A stretch of DNA of 64,000 bases. Origin: Deltaproteobacteria bacterium (GTDB taxonomy: Bacteria > Bdellovibrionota > JAJCYS01). Numbering within the stretch: position 1 is the stretch's first letter; each line of letters opens with the position of its first letter. The stretch is from contig JAJCYS010000008.1 of NCBI GenBank assembly GCA_029262815.1, positions 21,898 to 85,897 of the forward strand, given 5' to 3'. Positions 28,003 to 36,310 of the stretch are shown here, piece after piece. The translations under genes and the position numbers were made by a program. The notes under the pieces were generated by a model. That model searched no databases. It was not told the origin of the DNA and was given only the letters and a program-made list of their open reading frames with translations.

Positions 28003-29058
28003 ATGCACTCGAATCACCTCAATTTTTATGATTACGACTTGCCTCAAAGTGCTATCGCACAATACCCCGCTACGCCACGTGATACATCAAAACTCCTTGT
28101 CTGCAACACCCCTCAACCATTTACGCACAGCCAATTTAAGAACCTGAAAACCTTCCTACCCAAGGACGCTGTTTTAGTCCTTAACGATACACGGGTATTA
28201 CCGGCTCGATTTTTTTTGAATCACCCCAAAGGACGTTTTGAATGTTTAGTTCTTCAAGCCCTTCGAGACGGCAACCGAATCACACAGCTCCATTGCTTGA
28301 TTTTGAAACGAAAAAAAATTCGAGTGGGTGATGTGCTGTCTGGCTCTAACCTCTGCTTCACATATTCTGGGCCTCATGCAAAAGACACTAAACTGGCCTG
28401 CCTAACCCCTAATACTGCTTTACACATCTCCGACTGGCACCAATGGTTAAATACCCATGGCGAACTACCCATCCCCCCTTATTTAAATAGAACCTACGAT
28501 GCCGACCGTGAACCCACTACCTACCAAACTGTATACGCTCAACCCGAAGGAGAAGCCATTGCTGCACCGACAGCTGGACTTCACTTCACGCCTGAGTTGC
28601 TTGATTCGCTTCGTGAATCAGGAACACCCATCGTTAAGCTCACTCTAACCGTAGGATATGGCACCTTTGAACCCATTCAATCTGAAGATCTTTCGAACCA
28701 TGTCATGCATGCGGAGTCGTATCACATCTGCAAAGAAACGTGGACGCACATTCAAAATGCAAAACATGTCGTTGCCGTAGGTACAACAACTTTGCGGGCC
28801 CTTGAGGCGTTCTCTGTCCTCCGTCAAAAAACGTTTGACTGGCATCAAACCGATCTATTTATTCGTCCTGGCTATGATTTCAATTGTGTCACGCACCTCA
28901 TTACAAATTTCCACCTCCCCAAAAGCTCTCTCCTATGTTTGGTTTACGCCTTTGGTGGGATTGATGCCATGAAGCAGGCTTATCAAGCAGCCATCAATAG
29001 TAGCTATCGATTTTATTCCTATGGAGATGCCATGTTTATCCCGGGAGTCCACCGATGA
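28003..29058 (+). CDS. queA: S-adenosylmethionine:tRNA ribosyltransferase-isomerase
   Basis: FDYDLPQSAIAQYP, AAPTAGLHFT and VGTTTLRALE motifs. Confidence 0.93.
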   Translation: MHSNHLNFYDYDLPQSAIAQYPATPRDTSKLLVCNTPQPFTHSQFKNLKTFLPKDAVLVLNDTRVLPARFFLNHPKGRFECLVLQALRDGNRITQLHCLILKRKKIRVGDVLSGSNLCFTYSGPHAKDTKLACLTPNTALHISDWHQWLNTHGELPIPPYLNRTYDADREPTTYQTVYAQPEGEAIAAPTAGLHFTPELLDSLRESGTPIVKLTLTVGYGTFEPIQSEDLSNHVMHAESYHICKETWTHIQNAKHVVAVGTTTLRALEAFSVLRQKTFDWHQTDLFIRPGYDFNCVTHLITNFHLPKSSLLCLVYAFGGIDAMKQAYQAAINSSYRFYSYGDAMFIPGVHR

Positions 29059-30179
29059 GCGCCTTTCATTTCGACTTACCCCAAACAAACCCCCGTACTG
29101 GATTTGTCCAAACCCCTCATGGCAACTTTCATACACCAAATTTTATGCCTGTTGCAACTCGGGGCGCATTACGCGGCATACCAATTTATCTCATGAAGGA
29201 GTTGGGGTGCGAAATTTTACTCTCAAATGCATTTCATCTCTATCTAAAACCCGGTCACGAGCTCATCAAATCATGCGCCGGTTCTTTACGACAATTTATG
29301 GGATGGGATGGCCCTATTTTGACGGACAGTGGAGGATACCAGGTATTTAGCCTTGCCAAATTGCGCGCTATCACATCTTCCCACATCCAATTTCAAAGCC
29401 CATATGACGGCTCATCACATACATATTCTCCTGAACTGGTGGTTCAGATTCAATCCAGCTTAGGTAGCACCTTTATGATGCAGTTAGATGAACTTCATCC
29501 TTATGGAACCGACTCTGAGACCCTTAAATCAGCTATTTCAACGACGCTTGACTGGTATGCACTTTCTCAAAATTTATGTCGCACCATCGAGCACGAAGGC
29601 ATGTTAGTCCCCATCCTTCAGGGAGGGTGTAACCCTGAGCTCAGAGCTTTGCACATCGAAAAACTTGATCCAATGCCACCCATGGTTGCCATTGGCGGAC
29701 TCGCGGTCGGAGAGCCCACTGCAGTTTTTCAAGAAGTCTTGGCCCATACCATGGACAGAATGCCCAAGGATCGACTGGTATATCTCATGGGGATTGGAAA
29801 ACCCGAAGATTTGATATTTGCTATTCAACATGGGGTCGATCTATTTGACTGTGTATTGCCCACCCGAAATGGTCGAAATGGACAGGTATTCACTTTTCAT
29901 GGCAAATACAACATCCGGAATCTACAGTATAGAGAGGATATGGGCCCTCTAGAGCCAGATTGCACGTGTCCCACCTGTTCAACCTACTCTCGAGCTGCGA
30001 TCCACCATTTCTTCAAAGTTCACGAAATGAACGGTCCAAGTGCAATATCTATACATAATTTGTTTTTTTTCTTCACACTTTTCAGTAGAATCAGGTCATC
30101 GATAGCGTCAGGGACATATGACGTTTTTTCGCGGTCGTTTCTTGATGCTTATTGTCATGAAACTATTTCGAAAGGATAA
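29055..30179 (+). CDS. tgt: Queuine tRNA-ribosyltransferase
   Basis: GNFHTPNFMPV, ILTDSGGYQV, DCVLPTRNGRNG and the zinc site CTCPTC...H. ATGA overlap with queA. Confidence 0.95.
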   Translation: MSAFHFDLPQTNPRTGFVQTPHGNFHTPNFMPVATRGALRGIPIYLMKELGCEILLSNAFHLYLKPGHELIKSCAGSLRQFMGWDGPILTDSGGYQVFSLAKLRAITSSHIQFQSPYDGSSHTYSPELVVQIQSSLGSTFMMQLDELHPYGTDSETLKSAISTTLDWYALSQNLCRTIEHEGMLVPILQGGCNPELRALHIEKLDPMPPMVAIGGLAVGEPTAVFQEVLAHTMDRMPKDRLVYLMGIGKPEDLIFAIQHGVDLFDCVLPTRNGRNGQVFTFHGKYNIRNLQYREDMGPLEPDCTCPTCSTYSRAAIHHFFKVHEMNGPSAISIHNLFFFFTLFSRIRSSIASGTYDVFSRSFLDAYCHETISKG

Positions 30180-30265
30180 GGCTTTTCTGTATTGATGAGC
30201 CATTCCAGCATGGAAGCGTCTTTTAGTATTAGTATTTACTGCCCTTATTTATTAGGAGGTTAAAA

Positions 30266-30589
30266 ATGTTATTTTCAGCTACCGCATGGGCCCAAACTGC
30301 CCCTCAAGCCGCTCCCAGCCCGTTTATGCAATTTGTTCCGTTACTCATCGTTGGGATTATTATGTATTTCCTGATTTTAAGACCCACCCTCAAGAAGAAC
30401 AAGGAGCACCGTTTAATGATGGGCGAATTGAAGCATGGGGACGAGGTGTGGACCTCAGGCGGTATTTACGGTATTGTGGAGCAAGTGGACGCACAAACAG
30501 TAAAACTAAAAATTTCAGATTCAACTGCGATCAAGATTCTGAAATCTCAAATTTCCGCAAAAGTTGATAAAAATAAACAAACAACCTAA
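30266..30589 (+). CDS. yajC: Preprotein translocase subunit YajC
   Basis: Single TM, then the LKHGDEVWTSGGIYGIVEQV motif. AGGAGG SD. Located upstream of secDF. Confidence 0.9.
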   Translation: MLFSATAWAQTAPQAAPSPFMQFVPLLIVGIIMYFLILRPTLKKNKEHRLMMGELKHGDEVWTSGGIYGIVEQVDAQTVKLKISDSTAIKILKSQISAKVDKNKQTT

Positions 30590-30610
30590 TGCTACAAGGA
30601 TCATATTGGA

Positions 30611-32356
30611 ATGAAGCTCGGTCTTAAAATACGACTACTCACAGTAGCAGCTGTAACCCTTTGGGCAGCTCATGCTGCTCTTTCTCAGTTTGTGCCAAAA
30701 TCAACGGCAAGTCAGTGGCCAAAATGGGTACAGAATCTACTTTACACCGGCAACCTTAATCTAGGACTTGATCTTCGAGGTGGGGCACATTTTGTCTTAG
30801 GCCCTGATATGGATCGCGTTCTCATTGAAGCCTTAAAACGTGAAGGGCAGGCGGTAATTGCTACTTTAAATGAGGCTAAAATTCCCATAGAGTCCAACTC
30901 CTATATTAAAGAGGGCAAAGAGGATATTTTCCGACTTGAGTTTGAGTCTGAAGCGGTCAAGAAAAAAGCCGATAAAAACTTAGAAGAGAATTTCCCTATG
31001 TTGGTTGTCCACTTCGAAGAAGAGACCTCTCTGGATTTAAAGATTCTGGATGTTGAGCTCAACGATTTACGCACCAAGACAATCGACCAAAGTATTCAAG
31101 TTTTACAAGGTCGAATTAATGAATTTGGTGTCAAAGAGCCCCAGATCTATAAAGCAGGTAGTAACCGAATCATAGTTCAATTCCCGGGCCTTGAAGAAAC
31201 GCAGCAGGTCAAACGGATTATTGGCCGAACCGCGAAACTTGAGTTTCGTGCAGTGAGCACAAAACTCAACCCCAAAGCTGTTGCAGAGCTGTTCAAAGAT
31301 GTGCCAAAATTCAGTGAAAAATCAAATCAGTCTATCCCTGAATATACCCGCACTATCAATGAGCAGTATAAAGACAAGTTACCTGAAAATACCGCCATTC
31401 GTTTTGAAAAACGTGTCAACGAACGAACTCAAGAAGTGACCTACGCACCTATATTGGTTAAAGATGTCGTTGAGTTGACGGGACAACATGTTCAAAATGC
31501 CCGTGTTGCAGTCAATCCCGATACACAACTGCCTGAAGTTATTTTGACGTTCAATCCTCTTGGGACCCGATTATTCGGTGAGTTTACCAAGGCTCACGTA
31601 CAAAAACCCAGTGCCATTATCTTAGATGATTTGGTCTATAGTACACCTGTCATACGTCAAGCCATTTATGGTGGCCGAGCCAGCATAACTCTAGGAAGTC
31701 TGGGCGGATATACCGAGTTGCACAAAGAGGCATCTGATCTTGTTGTTGTACTAAGAGCGGGCGCTCTGCCTACAACGCTTGCTTTTCTCGAAGAGCGTAC
31801 CATTGGGCCTAGCCTAGGAAGTGACAGTATTCGAGCGGGCGCTCTTTCGGCGATTATCGGCGGCCTTTTAGTTCTCCTTTTTATGGTTTTATATTATCGT
31901 TCAGTAGGCTTGATTGCGGCTTCAGCACTGGCTTTGAACGCTTTATTGTTGTTGGCTATCATGACTGCCATGGGGGCAACCTTAACCTTACCTGGTATTG
32001 CCGGTATTGTGCTGACCTTTGGTATGAGTGTGGACGCCAATATTATTATCTTCGAACGCATTCGCGAAAATTTATATAAGGGGCGTGGCGTGGGTAGCTC
32101 GGTTATGAGTGGCTACGAACGCGCTTTGATTACGATTTTAGACGCCAATATCACCACCATATTTGCGGGTATCATTTTAATGCAATATGGTACAGGCGCT
32201 ATTAAAGGGTTTGCGGTTACCTTGATTTTAGGCATCTTAACATCCCTGTTTACGGCATATTTTGCTGCCAAAGCATGTTCTGAGTGGATATATAATCGGC
32301 AAGAAGCCAACTCCATTCGTATTGGAATCACTTACAAACAAAAACGGAAAGCATAA
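30611..32356 (+). CDS. secD: Protein translocase subunit SecD
   Basis: 581 aa. LGLDLRGG motif, a large periplasmic domain and a C-terminal 6-TM block (VDANIIIFERIRE). Confidence 0.95.
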   Translation: MKLGLKIRLLTVAAVTLWAAHAALSQFVPKSTASQWPKWVQNLLYTGNLNLGLDLRGGAHFVLGPDMDRVLIEALKREGQAVIATLNEAKIPIESNSYIKEGKEDIFRLEFESEAVKKKADKNLEENFPMLVVHFEEETSLDLKILDVELNDLRTKTIDQSIQVLQGRINEFGVKEPQIYKAGSNRIIVQFPGLEETQQVKRIIGRTAKLEFRAVSTKLNPKAVAELFKDVPKFSEKSNQSIPEYTRTINEQYKDKLPENTAIRFEKRVNERTQEVTYAPILVKDVVELTGQHVQNARVAVNPDTQLPEVILTFNPLGTRLFGEFTKAHVQKPSAIILDDLVYSTPVIRQAIYGGRASITLGSLGGYTELHKEASDLVVVLRAGALPTTLAFLEERTIGPSLGSDSIRAGALSAIIGGLLVLLFMVLYYRSVGLIAASALALNALLLLAIMTAMGATLTLPGIAGIVLTFGMSVDANIIIFERIRENLYKGRGVGSSVMSGYERALITILDANITTIFAGIILMQYGTGAIKGFAVTLILGILTSLFTAYFAAKACSEWIYNRQEANSIRIGITYKQKRKA

Positions 32357-32358
32357 CT

Positions 32359-33267
32359 ATGGAGTTTATTAAACCTAATACCCGATTTCAGTTTATGGCA
32401 CGTAAAGACCTATTCTTTAGGGGCTCCCTGATCCTTATTGCGATCAGCATCGTACTACTTGCTGTACGCGGTCTCAACTACAGTATTGATTTCAAAGGTG
32501 GTATGGAACTCCAATACCAATTCAGTTCTAACCTTTCAGTTGGTGATATTCGATCGGTTTTAAAAAAACATGGGGCAGGCACCGCTGTTGTACAAAAAAT
32601 TCAAGGCGAGAACGAGTTCATGCTCGCCTTTGAACAAGCTGAGGATCTCAAAAAAGAGACCATAACCAATTGGCTCAGCACTGCATTCCCAATGGACGGC
32701 GTTCGCCTAAGAAAAGTCGATAGCGTCGGTCCCAAAGTAGGGTCAGATCTTAAAAAAGCAGCTGTGCTGTCAATCATCTATGCACTGTTTTTAATTTTAG
32801 GCTATATTTGGTTCCGTTTTGATCTTGTATTTTCACCCGCTGCAGTTGCAGCGTTGGTCCATGACGTTGTTATTACGTTGGGTATCTTAAGTTTGTTTCA
32901 AGTCAGTTTTAGCTTGTCCGTAATTGCTGCAATTTTGACCATTGTTGGATACTCACTGAACGATACGATTGTTGTATTTGATAGAATTAGAGATAACTTG
33001 GCTGAGTTTGGCAAACTCACCCTTGAAAAGACCATCGACCGGTCTATTAACGAATGTTTAAGCCGAACTATTCTTACGAGTTTGACCACTTTCTTTGTTG
33101 TTCTAATGTTGATTTTCTTTGGGGGCCCTGCCCTTCACCCCTTTGCCCTCACCTTATCTATTGGTGTGGTTGTGGGTACTTACTCTTCAATCTTTATCGC
33201 AAGTCCTATGGCCATTTATGCTGAACGATGGCTAACTCGGAGAAAAGAAGTTAAGCGACGTCAATGA
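32359..33267 (+). CDS. secF: Protein translocase subunit SecF
   Basis: NYSIDFKGG and GYSLNDTIVVFDRIRDN motifs; 6 TM. Confidence 0.95.
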   Translation: MEFIKPNTRFQFMARKDLFFRGSLILIAISIVLLAVRGLNYSIDFKGGMELQYQFSSNLSVGDIRSVLKKHGAGTAVVQKIQGENEFMLAFEQAEDLKKETITNWLSTAFPMDGVRLRKVDSVGPKVGSDLKKAAVLSIIYALFLILGYIWFRFDLVFSPAAVAALVHDVVITLGILSLFQVSFSLSVIAAILTIVGYSLNDTIVVFDRIRDNLAEFGKLTLEKTIDRSINECLSRTILTSLTTFFVVLMLIFFGGPALHPFALTLSIGVVVGTYSSIFIASPMAIYAERWLTRRKEVKRRQ

Positions 33268-34976
33268 TTTATAGATGGCAGCTCAATCCACCCCAGTCTA
33301 AATTTAATGATGGGTGTGCTGTTCCTGATTCCCTTAAGTCAGCGATTTCCAAAAAAATCTATAAACAACGATTTTGCAATCCAGAAGCGGGTATGTCCGA
33401 GTCTTATTTTGGCGCCCCTTTAAGCCAACTTCGGGATCCTAGCGACTTGCCCGAACTAGAAGCCGGCGCTGAGTATCTTCACAAACATTTATCTCAAAAT
33501 GGCAGTATTTGTATTTTCGCAGACTACGATGTGGATGGCATTTGTGGTGGAATTTTAGTCTATCAATTTTTAAAGACAGCTTATCCGGATCACAATATTC
33601 AAATTTCTCATAGTGACCGGTTTTCTGAAGGATACGGTCTGCACTTACATCATGTCGATCGCCTTCTCGATTTCAATTGCATACTGACAGTGGACTGCGG
33701 CTCTAACAGTCTTAAAGCGACACAGCGGCTCACTGAATCAGGCTGTGATGTGATCATCACGGATCATCATGAATGTGCCCTGGATCAAGAGGGACGTGTG
33801 ATTCGGCCTAATGCAAAGGCGTTCATCAACCCAAAAAGACAAGATGCCCCTCATTATTATAGTTTTTTGTCCGGCACAGGTGTGGCGTTGATGTTGTGCT
33901 TGGTGATGCGCCGAATTTCTCCTGCATGTGCCTCTACGAAATTGTCTTCTTTTTTAGACTTGGTATGTACGAGTATCATTTCGGATTCGGTGCCTTTGGT
34001 TAATGAAAATAGACTTATTGTTCAATACGGTCTTAAAGTTTTTAATACCATGCCCAGACCTTTCTTCCGAACACTGATGGATGCACCTCATCCACGATTT
34101 GGACCTGTAGATGAAAACACATTGTCTTTTGCTTTGATTCCTAAATTAAACGCACCCGGTCGCTTAGGCAGTACAGAGCCCATTGTCGGCGGGTTGCTGA
34201 GCGAAGATCAAGAATCCATTGAAGCACATGCCAAAACGGCATTGGCGCAGAACAAACAACGTATGGAGATCCAACAAAACAGTTGGATGTTAGTCGAACC
34301 TCTGATTGATGAAAGTAAAAATGTGATCTGCGTCTATCACTCTAAAATTCATGAGGGGGTGATTGGTATTTTAGCAAGCCGAATCGCAGAGAAAACCCAC
34401 AAGCCTTCCATCGTGCTCTGCCCGTCTCAAAACCCCGATGAGATCAAAGGCTCAGGACGAAGCTATGACGGACGATCCGTGTTTGATATTGCAAGCCATT
34501 TCTCTGGACACTTTAAACAGTTTGGTGGACATCAAGCCGCCATTGGATTAACCTTACCCAGATCCAATCTTGATGCATTTCGTAATGGCATTAACGATTA
34601 TGTGCTTCCGGAAAAACCAGCTACCTTAGCAATTGATGACGAAATTCTCATGGATGACATTACGCTTCAGACGGCAATGGATATTCAGAAAATTGGTCCT
34701 TATGGGCAACAGTTTGAAGAGCCTATATTCTTACTTAAAGATGTAGCGATCCCAAAATTGTCCCTGCTTAAAGAAAATCATCTAAAAGGAATTTTGGAGA
34801 GTAGAAACAAGAAAAGGGTGGAATTTTTGGGTTGGAAGCTCGGATATCTTTCGCCCCACCTCTCCCTCGATCATCGATATGATGTTGTGCTAAGGTTGCG
34901 TGTGAATCATTACCAAAATATCAGACGAGTCCAATGCGAAATCCTTGATTTCGAACCCATTTTCAAACATTCCTGA
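33264..34976 (+). CDS. recJ: Single-stranded-DNA-specific exonuclease RecJ
   Basis: DHH-family motifs (IFADYDVDGICG, DCGSN, ITDHH) and DHHA1 (GGHQAAIG). ATGA overlap with secF. Confidence 0.92.
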   Translation: MIYRWQLNPPQSKFNDGCAVPDSLKSAISKKIYKQRFCNPEAGMSESYFGAPLSQLRDPSDLPELEAGAEYLHKHLSQNGSICIFADYDVDGICGGILVYQFLKTAYPDHNIQISHSDRFSEGYGLHLHHVDRLLDFNCILTVDCGSNSLKATQRLTESGCDVIITDHHECALDQEGRVIRPNAKAFINPKRQDAPHYYSFLSGTGVALMLCLVMRRISPACASTKLSSFLDLVCTSIISDSVPLVNENRLIVQYGLKVFNTMPRPFFRTLMDAPHPRFGPVDENTLSFALIPKLNAPGRLGSTEPIVGGLLSEDQESIEAHAKTALAQNKQRMEIQQNSWMLVEPLIDESKNVICVYHSKIHEGVIGILASRIAEKTHKPSIVLCPSQNPDEIKGSGRSYDGRSVFDIASHFSGHFKQFGGHQAAIGLTLPRSNLDAFRNGINDYVLPEKPATLAIDDEILMDDITLQTAMDIQKIGPYGQQFEEPIFLLKDVAIPKLSLLKENHLKGILESRNKKRVEFLGWKLGYLSPHLSLDHRYDVVLRLRVNHYQNIRRVQCEILDFEPIFKHS

Positions 34977-34999
34977 CCAACCAATACTCGAATTGGCAG

Positions 35000-36139
35000 T
35001 TAGAAAATCAAGGAATAGTTTGTTGAAGGTCCTTTCCCAAATTTTTGTAAAAAACTTTTATCCACAAGCTGTTTTAACGCATAATAAAGCGTTCTTTCTG
35101 GTAAATCTAACGTCTGTTTTAATATTTTTACTTGAAGTTTTTTTTCAGGATGTTCTTTAAAACAATCTAAAATCATCTTTGAGGAGTTTGACAGGTTTAT
35201 AAAGTCTCGACTTTTTTTGACATTAAACTCAATATCATTTTCTAAAGCTAGTTTTAACATTTTTAATGTGAAATTTAAAAAAAGGTGGATTTTATATTTT
35301 TGAGAATCTTGTTCATATATGCCGTCAGAGCACTGTCTTAATACGTAGTAGTACTCTTCTTTATGCTTCTCGATATGTCGCTCAATAGAAATAAAAGGAA
35401 GAATCGCTTTTAAATACTCATCTGAGGATTGCAGAATTGAGAGCAAAAACAGTCCTCTTCCCAATCGACCATTTCCGTCTTGAAATGGATGGATGGCCAA
35501 AAACCGAAAAGTAAATTCACAAGCAGTGGCTATGGCCCAAGGATATTCTGAATTTGTGGAGTTATACCATTTAATTAAATGGCTCATTGCAACCTCAGTG
35601 ATAGGTCCTGGGTCTGCTGTTTTGAAAATGTCTTTTCTGATATTAGTACCAACAACTGTTTCAACCACATTATTAGGAACTGTTTTATAGTCGCCAAGAT
35701 GAAAATCAGCGGGTGGATAGTATTGGAGAAGCTCCCTGTGTAATCCTTTTATAGTTGATTCAGTGAGTGGTTTCCAATCCCCTGATTGTTTCATAATTAT
35801 ATTTAACATCTGACGACACCCTACTACCTCTTCTATACTTCGTTCTCGCTCCTTTGAAAGTTTATCTTCAATGTACTGTTTTTCATTTTTAAAAGCTGAA
35901 GGCTTACCATCCTTCTTTAAAACGGTGTCCATCCAATCGATTTCTATATTTGTAAGAATAGCGTTTTCTATTCTTGTTGATGATCCAACGGTGCTGATAA
36001 ATGCATATCGTCTTAAAAATTCAAGTTCTTCTTCAGATAGTGATTGAATATACAGTGCTTTTTGAACACATAGATCCGCTGTCTCTTTAAGTTGTTTGGT
36101 GCATTCAGTTCCAATAGAAAAAGATAGCATCTTCTTCAT
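35000..36139 (-). CDS. Fic-domain protein (class II, N-terminal inhibitory helix) with C-terminal winged-helix-like region
   Basis: Fic motif HPFQDGNGRLGR at 35456-35491. Upstream inhibitory motif S-TRI-E-N, i.e. [ST]xxxE[GN]. ATG 36139 (MKKMLSF); the track start at 36166 is TTG. Confidence 0.85.
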   Translation of the reverse strand: MKKMLSFSIGTECTKQLKETADLCVQKALYIQSLSEEELEFLRRYAFISTVGSSTRIENAILTNIEIDWMDTVLKKDGKPSAFKNEKQYIEDKLSKERERSIEEVVGCRQMLNIIMKQSGDWKPLTESTIKGLHRELLQYYPPADFHLGDYKTVPNNVVETVVGTNIRKDIFKTADPGPITEVAMSHLIKWYNSTNSEYPWAIATACEFTFRFLAIHPFQDGNGRLGRGLFLLSILQSSDEYLKAILPFISIERHIEKHKEEYYYVLRQCSDGIYEQDSQKYKIHLFLNFTLKMLKLALENDIEFNVKKSRDFINLSNSSKMILDCFKEHPEKKLQVKILKQTLDLPERTLYYALKQLVDKSFLQKFGKGPSTNYSLIF

Positions 36140-36141
36140 TA

Positions 36142-36188
36142 TGCAATATACTGCAATATACTGCAACTAAAACTTTCATTATATTGCA
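36142..36188. promoter_or_regulatory. Direct/inverted TGCAATATA repeats immediately upstream of the Fic gene (possible operator)
   Basis: TGCAATATAC-TGCAATATAC-TGCAA at 36142-36166, with the inverted partner TATATTGCA at 36180-36188. TATATTGA follows at about 36200. Confidence 0.4.
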
Positions 36189-36310
36189 AATAGCTGATTA
36201 TATTGATATTTTTATTGACCTAGCAATACTAAATGTCTCACAACGAATTACCTAACCTTTACAATTGCGAGCGTAGCAAGTGAGCGGGGATCCATTACTT
36301 ATTCTGGAAA

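Noticed and set aside
29021-30567. Alternative-frame ORFs 29021..29350 and 30286..30567
   Set aside because: They overlap tgt and yajC in other frames. The conserved motifs are in the annotated frames.
34945-35160. 71-aa + ORF spanning the recJ end and the Fic 3' end
   Set aside because: It overlaps the recJ stop and is antisense to the Fic gene. The AT-rich sequence yields a hydrophobic pseudo-peptide.
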